From: Octopus sinensis
Lineage: Eukaryota
Direction: 5' to 3'
Assembly (NCBI RefSeq): GCF_006345805.1
Contig: NC_042999.1
Coordinates: forward strand, 66,278,001 to 66,342,000
Length of the DNA stretch: 64,000 bases
Part shown: in pieces, positions 52,734 to 64,000 of the stretch
Numbering within the stretch: position 1 is the stretch's first letter
Layout: the number at the start of each line of letters is the position of its first letter
The notes under the pieces: generated by a model
Told to the model about the DNA's origin: nothing
The model's input: only the letters and a program-made list of their open reading frames with translations
Databases searched by the model: none
Position numbers and translations under genes: made by a program

Positions 52734-54689
52734 TCATATAGATATATAGATAGTTATCATGACGATATAATTGCTGCAGATTTGGCAGGTTTGGCAAGTT
52801 GTTGAACTACGTATTGTGGTTTCGTCCCCGCTTTAAATCTTAACATCACATATATTCTATTTCAGAGACAGTAAACTGGAATTGTATAAGGCTTATATCT
52901 TTGTGGTTTTGTTATAATTCTTAGAATTGTACTTTCAAGGATATTAATTTGGTCCCGGCTTCTCAAGTACTTGCTTCCTATTCGCCGCCAGCATTAACCC
53001 ACGTCAAAGGAAAGACTCTAAATGCTCGTTAAATCCTATAAATTTACCAATCGAATGGCATCATATGACGTCATACCATTTTATCAGGAAGATAAGACGC
53101 ATTGGTTGATGTATAGCTGGGTCGGATATCAAATAACTTGATATATGTCATGTTGATTATAATTGGAGTGCCTTTCATCATAATTTTGAATAGTGACGCA
53201 GGATTAAAAAACACCTCCTGAAATAAGCTAGCGAAGAAACATTTTTACATGTTCACACTTGACGTATGAAAAAGTGTAATATATCAGGTAAACTCCAAAT
53301 CGCAATCCATTTTTAAGACAAGAGGAAACATCGGAATGTTTAGTCGTAGGTGAGTTGATTATAAAAAACACAAGTCGGTCGTGGTAGGAACGCATTTGAA
53401 CAAATCTGCCAGATAAGCGATATTCCGAAACTTATCAACGACAACACTACCGAGTATTAACCATCTATGTACGATATTCAATGTCTATACATCTCTGACA
53501 AGAAAGATGACGTGGGCTTTTTTTCCGAGAGGAAATCTCTCCATGGACATGCAGTATTAAAGGCGTATTATATATTCGAGTGAGAAAATCGTCCGAGCAG
53601 TGACCACCGAGAACATCAAACATGTTTGGGTTGCTTTGATTTTGTAAATAACGTGTCACTGATATTGTGAAAAGACAAAGGGTTCGATAAAGACACGGTG
53701 TACGCAATTGAAACGTAAATTTGCATGCTCGTCTATGTATCAAACATAACTTATATATATAGACAGATATAATGTTGCGGATTTTGCCCGAGAGACGGAT
53801 ATAGTTATAGATATGTACAAAGGCAATATATATCAATACAAGACATACATAGGTCCAACAATTGGTCCACTACAAGGTTGAAGGAAGCTAAAATGCATCT
53901 GGCGTTCTAGATATCCACTGCTATAACGATGTTTGTTTCGCTCCTATAAAAAAATCTCTATTGCGTTTTAAACACAGTTTACCTATGAAGACGTTTTCTC
54001 TTGGACAAAAATCGGAATATCATGTCTGTCAACGCATAACGTTATGACATTTTTGTAATGCTGTTTAAAATGCGTATGCTGAGAATGTAAACTAATTTTT
54101 CACTAGTTTTAGGCATCGAATTGCGATTATGATGGGGCAGAAATAAATTCTAGAATTTACAATCCATTACATCAGAACCAGCATTTCACCTAGTCAATAA
54201 CTTCAACTCTTGGAGTATACTTCTCAAGAATATGCTCGCCATTTACAACAATATACACACATACGAACACACATTTTGCTCAACAGCAATTTTACAAACT
54301 TGGTGTAATTACAGAGATTTTCGTAGATGACTTAATGAGTTTGATAAGTGTCACGTATGTGTACGTGTATCTACCAAAATACACACACACAGACACACAT
54401 ACTTATTTATAGTGTACACCTGTGAAATTTTCATTCATCCGGCATTTATGAAATCGACGTCATTGTGACTCACTTTACTTGCTATGGAGTAGAACAGAGA
54501 TGCAGATGTTGCGAAACCGTATCTTCGTAACACTGGCATATTCGTGCCGGATTTATGTCATTGTATGAGTTGAGACCTGACTTTGCAGAAAGAAAATATC
54601 GCAGATAATTCGTTTTTATACAGGATCTGTTAGCTATATTTGGTGGCAGAAACCATCGTTGAATTCCTCATGAGCTGATAAAATCAAGG

Positions 54690-54868
54690 TTGGTGGCAGC
54701 ATCAGCAGCAGCAGCAGCAGCAGCGTCAGCATCATCGGCAGCAACAGTAACAGCAGCAACAGCAGCAGTAGTAGTAGTAGCGGTGTTAGTGGTGGGGGAG
54801 GAGGAGCAGGTGGAGAAGCAGAAGGAGGAGTAGGAGGCGCAGGTAGTGGTGGAAGTAGTAGTAGTGGC

Positions 54869-54902
<34 letters not shown>

Positions 54903-54905
54903 TGA
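54690..54905. repeat. Compound trinucleotide low-complexity tract (CAG)/(TAG)/(GGA)
   Basis: Seen directly; source of the poly-L/poly-P ORF at 54634..54909. Confidence 0.92.
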
Positions 54906-55261
54906 GCACGAGAAAAAGATTGAGAGTTTGAAGATGCTGCAGAAGGGGAGGAAATTGTAAAAACGGAAGTGTCGAAGAATATTTAGAAAAAGGTAGATGT
55001 AGAAGAGAAAATGGATGAGGAGATTAGCCGCAGGTTGGCTCACACTAAGCAGATCAATGATCAAAGACAAACTAGCCTGGAATATTGGTAATTGTTATAC
55101 TTATCGGAGCTTACACTATCAAATAATGTCTACCGGTTCTATGGCACCATTATACAGCGTGTTGTTCTTATTTTAAGACGGCCGTGGCAATTTAAGTGCT
55201 ATTCTTTGCAGATACTTACACCATAAAAAGAAAAGTGATGCTTGAATTATTACACTAATAT

Positions 55262-55450
55262 TGAATTCAAGTTTTGACACAAGGCCAGCAATTGAGAGGA
55301 GGGGCGAGTCGATTACACCGACCTCAGTGCTCAACTGCTATTTATTTTATCTGAAACGATGAAAGGCAAAGTTGACTTCGGCAGAATTTGAACTCAGAAC
55401 TCGAAAATAGGCGAACCACTGCACAATAATTTGGCCGGTGTGCTAATGAT
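55262..55450 (-). mobile_element. Family-A SINE, decayed
   Basis: gatgaaaggcaaagttgacttcggcagaatttgaactcagaac is the reverse complement of the family-A core. Confidence 0.82.
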
Positions 55451-56499
55451 TTTTCCAGGGCGTAACATCACTTATTAAACTGATATTTATTCGACTCATA
55501 CAGAAATTGGAGAAAAGCTTCAGAGAAAATGTGATACAATAATTCATTTTTATGACCTTATTTATTACGTTAGTTACCACTAAATGCTCCTTACATCTTA
55601 ATCTTTCACTTTAGATTAATTACGTATAATATATAGGAGTTGATTCACTTTGGTCTATATATTCATTCCTCTACTATTAATTCATGTCTTGATAAAACAA
55701 ATCAATAGTTTAGTATTTCTATACATCATACTTTGAAAAGAAAAAGGATGATGTTGATTCACTATGATGACATATTTCTTTAGCTCAAATATCTTTCGCA
55801 AATATAAAGAAAATGGCTGTGTTTGCAATGAAATATTCAAACGTTTATGTAATCAATAACATTCCAGTGAAATTCGTTGGAGAAAAGGGAAACTATAAAG
55901 TTATTTGCGTGTACCCAAAGATCAGACAATGTTAAAATATGAACCTTTCTGAACTAAAATATGTCAAAGGATAAAAAGGCAAGATATCAATATTAGAAAT
56001 ACAAACAAAACTGTTAAAACGAATGATGCGAAAATGGCAAATATAAAGGAAATGTCACCGGTATCTTTAAATATTCACATTGAAATCAATTCAAAGATCA
56101 GTTCAATGAATTATCTCTACAAAATTCTAGACAATTTATAAAAGATCGAATTGATAAAATCAGAAAAGATATTCAGAGATGGGTGAATGCGTCTCAAAAT
56201 GCATTTAAATTGAAATTCCTTTTCCTTCACATACAGGAATGCTATTAAATTTACCCTACTGTTGAATGAATTTAACTGCGCTAATCCCTATGGACACATG
56301 TTACAATTCTATTCGAAATACAAATATTTTATTTAAATTTGGAAAAGAAGAGCAAGAAATTTTCTGCATGCTCGCCGAAGTCATGAATGAATTCCAAATG
56401 AATATCGTAATACTCACACATGCATACAAACAAACACGCACGCACACCTGCACTCAAATAGAAATATAGGCACAAATAAGCATTTGTTTATCTATTACA

Positions 56500-56690
56500 T
56501 TTTACTTCTTTCAGTCATTAGTCTGCGGCTATGCTGGATTTCCGATTGGAAAAGTTTTATCGAACAAAGCATCCACAGTATTTATTATATATTATGGTAC
56601 TTACACTATTGGTTTATTTTGCTGAACTCCTCAGTTACAGGGACGTCAACAAACCAAGAATGCTTGTCAAGCAGTGGAGTGGACAAACAC
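56500..56690 (-). mobile_element. Family-B SINE 3' half
   Basis: tttacttctttcagtcattagtctgcggctatgctgga...gttacagggacgtcaacaaacca...ggacaaacacac. Confidence 0.8.
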
Positions 56691-56714
56691 ACACACACAC
56701 CACACACACACACA

Positions 56715-56838
<124 letters not shown>

Positions 56839-56870
56839 AATGCATACATACATACATATATACATTCATG

Positions 56871-58660
56871 CACTAACGACTTATGTGAGTTCAGTGAGGA
56901 AGAACAGAAAATTTTAGATGAATTGCAGAACGTAATGAATACAGAAATAAGAAAAAGATTGCCAGCATTAAAAGATATCAACAGAGGGTAGCTACAAGAA
57001 ATGACTAGAAAAGTAGATCCTGTTATCAACAGCAAAGATACTAAAAATATAGAAGACATCAACTTATTGAGCTATGCAGGCTGAGTGTAGTCACAAGAAG
57101 ATAAAATATATCCCAGGGAAATACTTAAAAATAGAAAATGTGGAAAAGGAGATTACAACATAAAGTGAAGACTTTAAGGCAAGATATGAGTAGAATAGAA
57201 GCCTGGTAAACAAACTAGTCAGGGAAAACAAGATGCAAACCTTGCCTCGTGGAAATATCCTTAGTCGAAGAGAAATTATTTGGGACAATAATAGAAGAGT
57301 TAAAACAGCGTATCATAGCAGTAGCAGGCAAGCTCTCCAGATATAAGAAAGTAATAGACCAGTATCAACAGAATAGATTATTTGAGACAGACCAGAGGAG
57401 ATTTTATAAACAAATAGAGGAGAACGAAGTACTGAAGATGAGAAACCTAATGCAGATGAATCTAGAAAGTTCTGGGGTAATATTTGGTATAAACCAGTCT
57501 ATCATAATGGAGATGTAGTATGGTTAAAGAAAGTTCAGGAAGAAGTAGTGAGTGAGATCTAAGATTAACTAGTGCATTAATGAATAAGGTGTTTAGAAAA
57601 ATGCCGAATTGGAAGAGTCCAGGACCAGATTTAGTTCAAGGATACTGGCTAAAGACACTCAGTAGTTTTTTTACATGGGAGACTGAGGAACAAATTCAGG
57701 ATTGCCTTAATGGAGGAATAATACTAGATTGGATTACTGGAAGGAGGACAATATTCATTACGAAAGGTAAGAGCAAGGGTAATACATCTGGCAACTATCG
57801 ACCAATCACTAGCTTACCATTAGTGTGAAAGACGTTAATAGGAATGCTTTCAGGAAGTTTGTACGGGCACGTTGACAACCAATATTTAGTACCAGGAGAG
57901 AGTGAGGGCGCGTGGCTTAGTGGTTAGGGCATTCGGCTCATGATCGTAAGGTTGTGAGTTCGATTCCCGGCGACGCGTTGTGTCCTTGAGCAAGACACTT
58001 TATTTCACGTTGCTCCAGTCCACTCAGCTGGCAAAAATGAGTTGTACTTGTATTTCAAAGGGTCAGCCTTGTCACTCTCTGTGTCACGCTGATTATCCCC
58101 GAGAACTACGTTAAGGGTACACGTGTCTGTGGAATGCTCAGCCATTTGCACGTTAATTTCACGAGCAAGCTGTTCCGTTGATCGTATCAGCTGGGACCGT
58201 CGTCGTCGTAACCGGCGGAGTCTCTTTTTTAAGTACCAGGAGAACAGAAAGGTTGCAAGAAGAAGGCAAGAGGAAACCACGATCTATTATATATACACAA
58301 AGTAGTTCAAAATTATGTAAAAGCTAGAAAGAAAAATCTAACAATAGCATGGATAGACCATAGGAAAACCTATGACATGATCCCACTCTCATGGATAACT
58401 GAATGTTTTAGTATATTCAGTATAGCAGACAACATAAGAGAATTAGTTAGCTTTAGCTTGAAGAAATGAAAAGTTGTTCTATACTCATCTGATCCACTCT
58501 TAGAGAAAGTTAATATCAAAAGGGGAATTTTGCAGGAGAAGTCGTTGTTCACTTTAATATTTGTTCTATGTTTGATCCCCGAAATTTTAGTATTAAGGAA
58601 GGCAAAGGCAGAAGCAGTAATGGAAAAAGTGACCATTTTCTCTACTTGGATGATCTGGAG
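56871..58660 (+). mobile_element. R4/Dong-type LINE RT relic, interrupted by a SINE
   Basis: RLPALKDINRG.., MPNWKSPGPDLVQGYWLK, GRRTIFITKGK..NYRPITSLPLV, LVPGEQKGCKKKARGNHDLL, IAWIDHRKTYDMIPLSWI, VNIKRGILQ..LFTLIFVLCLIP, HFLYLDDLE. Many stops and frameshifts. Confidence 0.9.
57901..58230 (+). mobile_element. Family-C SINE, full length, 12-bp TSD
   Basis: tRNA-like head (ggcgcgtggcttagtggttagg...gagttcgattccc) and CORE-like gtgtccttgagcaagacactttatttcac...cagctggcaaaaatgagt. TSD agtaccaggaga at 57888-57899 and 58232-58243. Confidence 0.95.
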
Positions 58661-58669
58661 AGTTGTTGT

Positions 58670-58704
<35 letters not shown>

Positions 58705-58839
58705 AGAAGAAGTGGTAGTAGAAAAAGAAGAATCCAAGTATAAAAATGACTATGCATTTATATAACGTAAGTATTCCGTAGAACGTAAAGGGAAGGACAT
58801 ACTCAAACACGCAAGTATGTATATATGTATGCATTTATG

Positions 58840-58909
<70 letters not shown>

Positions 58910-58910
58910 A
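58661..58910. repeat. (CTA)n and (GACA)n-(GATA)n microsatellites
   Basis: Seen directly. Confidence 0.9.
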
Positions 58911-59569
58911 AAGAATATATATGCGTCTATGTGTGTATTTGCTCATATACTATCCCCATAAATATTTCCTTTTATTTCGTTGCAAGTCGGTACTATATTT
59001 TTACTTCACACAAAGACAGACTTATGCATAACACATATTAGCATGAACCTAAACACTAAACAATGCTAGCTTTTAGTCCAATTAAATTTCTGTCCATGCA
59101 GCAATTAAATTTATATGAAAACGGAAAAAAAATCAGGAAAATTAATCTTGATCTTCAAGTAAACATTAAACAGTTACCCCAGTTCTAGCAAAAGGACTCA
59201 TTGTCCAAACAAATGCTGGTTTGTACGAAAATATCAAAGTTCTTAAAGATATTCAAAATCTAGAAACGGTTATCGATTACCGCAAATAAAAGACGTCTGG
59301 TTGCATCATTAGACATATTAATGCCGCAGTTGTTTGTCATGAACGTTAACATAAAATTCTGTCGTTTTGTTTAGAGAACTTTAGTTATATGCATGCCCTC
59401 CAGATCACTATTGTAACCCGGCCATTTCTACTAACAAAGACTTTCAAATATCACATACAAATACGTCGAGCTTTCACTATTATTTGCACATTGAATATTC
59501 GATAATAGCTTCAAATGGTAACAAAAACGGAAATATAATTTTATTCAACCCGCGGTTTCTAAATACGTT

Positions 59570-59575
59570 AGTATT

Positions 59576-59623
<48 letters not shown>

Positions 59624-59625
59624 TG
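59570..59625. repeat. (TTA)n microsatellite
   Basis: Seen directly. Confidence 0.95.
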
Positions 59626-61143
59626 TGTTTGACGTTTATTTACTAAACTTTTAAAAGTTACTTATTGTTGTGAACTTTTGTTGAAACTTTAAAGTAAGAC
59701 ATCTACCTCACTGGTCGAAGAAAGGGGCTGTGAAATTCGACCCTACAGGTCACAACTTAGAAATATTTTATTTGATCTCATGATGGTAGCAGGAAGAATG
59801 ATTTATAACTCTACCAAAATCATTTGAGGAGATTAACCCCCATATCATTCTCATGCGACGACCTACAGCTGCTGCAAGAAATTGCATGTCCATGGAAACA
59901 ACATCAAGAATTACAATATCAAAAACATTTACAGCAAAGGTAAATGTAACTGTAGAAAAAAGTAAGCGCCATGTTTTTTTTTTAAGAACGAGAATACCAA
60001 CACAAGATACAACACAGACAGCAAATACATAGATAGCCATAACAACTATATTAGCGATACAGCATGATCAACAGAGGTTGCAAAACCAACAGCTATAACG
60101 ACGGTGACAAAGTAGGTGGGGGACGACATTTCGGGCAAGCAATCATTTGCTGCGATGGTAGCGAAATCAACACCATACTTTTCACACTTCAAGAAAAAAC
60201 AGAAGAGTCTCTCCTAAACAAAAGATGCAACTTACGAAATTGAGCGCGAGTAGCTCACAAATTCCCATCCCAGGCGAGGTTTTGGCAACAGCTGCCCGAA
60301 AGACGATGCTCTATCTGTGTTACACTAAAAATACATAACTATGCCGCATCAATCAGGAAAATCTTTATCCAAACTACCGCTTCCTGAAATTCCTTCACGC
60401 TCCGTCTTCGATATAAAACACACATGAACACATGAAAACATAAGTCGACTTCCAAACCCATCCAATATCCCAGTGTGGAAATTTCCTCTTGCGAGGAAGA
60501 GAAGCAATCAAAGATAATAAATAATATATATAAAATCAATAACACGATATTTTTTTAAACATCACAAAAGCATTAAAGAAAGACCAAAATTGTATGAAGA
60601 CAGTCTCCGCAACTACCGAATTGTCAAATAGCTATTTTACTTTTCCCCCTCCCTACTTTTCTACAAACATGTTGGTTCTGGGAGTAGAGTATACAAATGC
60701 ACGTGGTCATCGAGGTCAATTTTTGAAGAGTATCGCCAGAAGAAAGTGACGCTTAAAAATGGCATCACACCTGGTGTACTCGCGGTGAGATTTGCTGTGG
60801 ACTAATTGTTTAGCGCAATGCACAATGGTGTATGTTATCAGAGCAAAAGTGTTTCTCTGATGCAACTGAGGTAGATTTTGTAATCGTTCGATGGACCCGA
60901 GTAATAGACAAAAAAAAACATATGTGGTTGACATTATCTTCGTATATATTCTGGATTTCCCAGTTGAACACAGGGTTGCAAATGAATTCGCCTTGCCTCT
61001 CTTCAAATATTTGAGACATTTTAGTATAATAAAAAGGATTCTTCTTCTAGAATGACAGAGCAGTGCATGCAGTCAAACTGACACTGTGGTATATGTGCCC
61101 GGTGTAATCTTATCAGACGAGGAAAAAAAAAAGAAAGGGTATA

Positions 61144-62170
61144 GTGTTTTATGTTATGTTTTTAAAAAACTGAAAAATCGAAGAATTGTAGATAAGGTAT
61201 ATAACGGTTCAAATGGTACCGCATGGGAGTGGGGCCCATGCAACTATTTTCATTTTTTTGTATAATTTCATCACATTTACATTCGTTTATGTTTTTCGTC
61301 CCCACTGTGGTCTTATATGTCCTTGTTTGTCCCCTATGCGTATCAATCCTTTTTATAAGGAATAAAGAGAAAATCTGTGTTTGGGGCTTTATGCCTAATA
61401 AAGATATCTTCCACGGGTTCAAAAATGAGATGTCAGTCCGCTTCATTTTTGTCTTAAGATTATACAGGACTGAGGTAACCCACCCCAAAAATTATATGTC
61501 AGTCTCTTTTATTTTATTTTATTTTTTGTTAAGATTATTTAGGACTGAGGTAACTCCTCCAGAATTTATAGAGAAATAAATGCAGAGGATATGAAGGCAA
61601 TAGTGATCGAAAAGGAAAATTATAAGAAACTGGAAGAAATGTGTGGAGATAGTAGTGACCCACCAGGAGTGAGGGTGGAATTCAAAGAATTACCACCAGT
61701 AATGGATCTAATAGACATTGAACCATTGATGAAGTATTATTGAAAAGAAAATAAGTATGTTAAATCGAGAGAAAAAAAAGAAACAGGAGAAAAAAAAGGA
61801 AAAGCAAGAAAGTATAAAGTGTTTTATGTTATGTTTTAAAAAAACTGAAAAATCGAAGAATTGTAGATAAGCTATATAACGGTTCAAATGGTACCGCATG
61901 GGAGTGGGACCCATGCGACAAATTTCATGTTTCATATAATTTCATCACGTTTACATTCGTTTGTGGTTTTGTCCCCACTGTGGTCTTGTCTGTCCTTGTT
62001 TGTCCACTATATGTATACTTTTTATAAGGAATAAAGAGAAAATCTGTGTTTTGGGCTTTATGTCTTATAAGGATACCTTCCACATGTTCAAAAATTACAT
62101 GTCAGTCCGCTTCATCTTTTTTTTTTTATTTGTTAAGATTATGTAGTACTGAGGTAACCCGTTCAGACGT
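61144..62170 (+). repeat. Diverged direct duplication, period 675 bp, with about 68-bp internal sub-repeats
   Basis: gtgttttatgttatgttttaaaaaactgaaaaatcgaagaattgtagataag starts at 61144 and 61819. The copies stay colinear to gactgaggtaac / tactgaggtaac. Confidence 0.93.
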
Positions 62171-62449
62171 TATAAAGAAATGAATAGAAGAGTGCCATAA
62201 TTATCATGTGAAATTGGTTCAACGATATTTCGGCATCTAGCGGGCCTTCCACTGGTTCAAAAATTACATGTCGGTCTACTTCATTATTATTAATATTTTA
62301 GTGGCGAGCTGGCAGAATCCATACTTGTTACAAAATGTCCAATGGACAAGCCTCACTATATTGTCGTGGCGTCTCTTATATTCCTTCTGGGCTAGTGGTG
62401 AACATTGGTTGGCAATATGCCATACGGTTTCAATTATTATTAATATCAT

Positions 62450-62457
62450 TGTTGTTA

Positions 62458-62505
<48 letters not shown>

Positions 62506-62540
62506 TATTATTATCATTATTATTATTATTGTTATTGTTA

Positions 62541-62599
<59 letters not shown>

Positions 62600-62800
62600 T
62601 ATTGTCTTTGCACAGCTTCTAACGCTGGAGATGTACTACGGCCAAGCTGCTCACTACCAGTGAACTAAGATAACATCCTTTACTTTTCGAGCACCATCTG
62701 GAACATTCGAGCTGTTCTAAGCAGTGCTGTCTTCTGCAAGTGTTCCACACTTATTGCAGACCCTATTTGTTCCATGTACTTCTCAAGATTTTTACTCATG
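62450..62800 (-). mobile_element. 3' end of an R4/Dong-type LINE with a (TAA)n tail
   Basis: Minus strand reads MSKNLEKYMEQIGSAISVEHLQKTALLRTARMFQMVLEK*, then about 90 nt of 3' UTR and a long (TAA)n at 62450-62603. Confidence 0.85.
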
Positions 62801-62828
62801 ATTTTTACTGAATATTTTTCTCACTGTA

Positions 62829-64000
62829 CGAGGGGCGTTCAATAAGTAATGCCCCTGACCCACTTCCCATAGCAGTAGAGCAACGAAACTTTGCACAGTT
62901 ATTAGTCTCTCTCTACATAGGAACCACCCAGAGTTACGCATTTCTCCCATCGTTTGATACAGCTCTGGAGACCGTTTTTTTAGAAGACCCAGCTTGGTCC
63001 TCCAACCTGAACGTGACTTCAGAAATCAAGGCTGCATCATCTGGGAAACGCTTTCCTTTCAAAAACAACTTCATGGTTGGGAAGAGGTGAATATCAGAGG
63101 GTGCAAGGTCAGGAGAGTAGGGGGAGGGGGAGGAGTTCATAGCCGCACGCCTGTGCTTCTGATCTAGCGACAAGCGAGTTGTGGACCGGAGCGTTGTCCT
63201 GCAGGAGGAGGATGTCTTTGCTGATCTTGCCCCGCCTCTTGATTGTGATAGTTTCTCTTAATTTCCTCAAACGTGAAGCATAATAGGCTCCTGTAATTGT
63301 GGTACCCTTTGCCAGGAAATCTGTTATCAATACTCCGTCCTGGTCCCAGAAGTCTGTGAGCATGACCTTGCCAGCGGAGGGCTGCACCCTTGCCTTCTTT
63401 GGAGGAGGTGAGTCACGGTGCTTCCACTGCATTGACTGGACTTTTGTCTCTGGATCATAGTTATGGACCCAGGTTTCATCCTGTGTGATCAGTCTTTTGA
63501 AAAATTTTGACTCATCTTCTTGGCACATCTCCAAATTCATCCTCGAGCACTCGATGCGTTCTTGCTTCTGGAAAGGTGTGAGCAACCTAGGAATCCGTCT
63601 GGCAGACACCTTTTGCATATGCATATGGTCATGAATGATAGTTTCCACAGACCCGGTACTAATCTTGACCTCGTGGGCTATTTGGCGAATAGTTATGCGT
63701 CGATCTTCCAAAATGGCAGCCTCAACTTGACGGACAAATGCCTCATCAATTGCAGGAGTGGGGCGACCAGATCTGGGAGCTGTTTCCACCGAGTTCCGAC
63801 CATGTTTGAATTCACGATGCCAGCGTTTTACATGGTCATATGATGGGGCATCATTACCATAAGTTACTTTCATTTCATCAAAAGTCTCTCGTGGTGTGCG
63901 TCCTTTCAAATACAAAAACCAGATCACTACTCGACACTCAACAGGCTCCATTTCACACTTGACTCAGTTCAAACACCTGTAAATCAGAAACCCCAATTAT
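62829..64000 (-). mobile_element. Near-full-length mariner (DD34D) element; left end lies beyond the window
   Basis: TIR cgaggggcgttcaataagtaatgcccctga follows TA at 62827-62828. Transposase-coding region spans 62902-63951. Confidence 0.95.
62902..63951 (-). pseudogene. Mariner transposase, frameshifted
   Basis: ORF 63109..63951 has the HTH, RSGRP, (W>R)IPRLLT, ITQDETW (D1) and LQDNAPVH (D2). After a frameshift in a C-run comes YSPDLAPSD (D3). After a second frameshift and a stop comes KNGLQSCIKRWEKCVTLGGSYVERD*. Confidence 0.93.

Noticed and set aside
54634-54909. Proline-rich, signal-peptide-like ORF
   Set aside because: Entirely derived from a compound trinucleotide repeat read on the minus strand.
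57903-57975. tRNA-like sequence (also at about 50390-50460, 27700-27770 and 20210-20285)
   Set aside because: These are SINE heads continuous with SINE bodies; the acceptor and anticodon stems do not pair as in a real tRNA.

Overview
AT-rich, repeat-saturated eukaryotic DNA. The repeat families and dense (TA)n/(CA)n/(TACA)n/(TAA)n microsatellites suggest an octopus-like cephalopod (inference). No host protein-coding gene can be supported; only a few weak candidate exons are present, and most of the ORF track is microsatellite read-through. Recognisable content: about 20 tRNA-type SINE copies in four families (labelled A-D here), relics of CR1-type, RTE-type and R4/Dong-type LINEs, three Penelope-like element (PLE) relics, several Tc1/mariner relics (one nearly full length), one Helitron/Helentron-like element, and several local duplications and foldbacks. 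The most notable unexplained signal is three different minimal type I hammerhead ribozyme (HHR) motifs within about 25 kb. One (12983-13032, minus) has a swapped G3:C8 core pair. One (37055-37114, minus) lies downstream of a PLE GIY-YIG ORF. One decayed copy (14786-14829) sits inside a 154-bp foldback. All motifs were read by eye, with no database search or folding run; family names come from recalled motifs and need confirmation.
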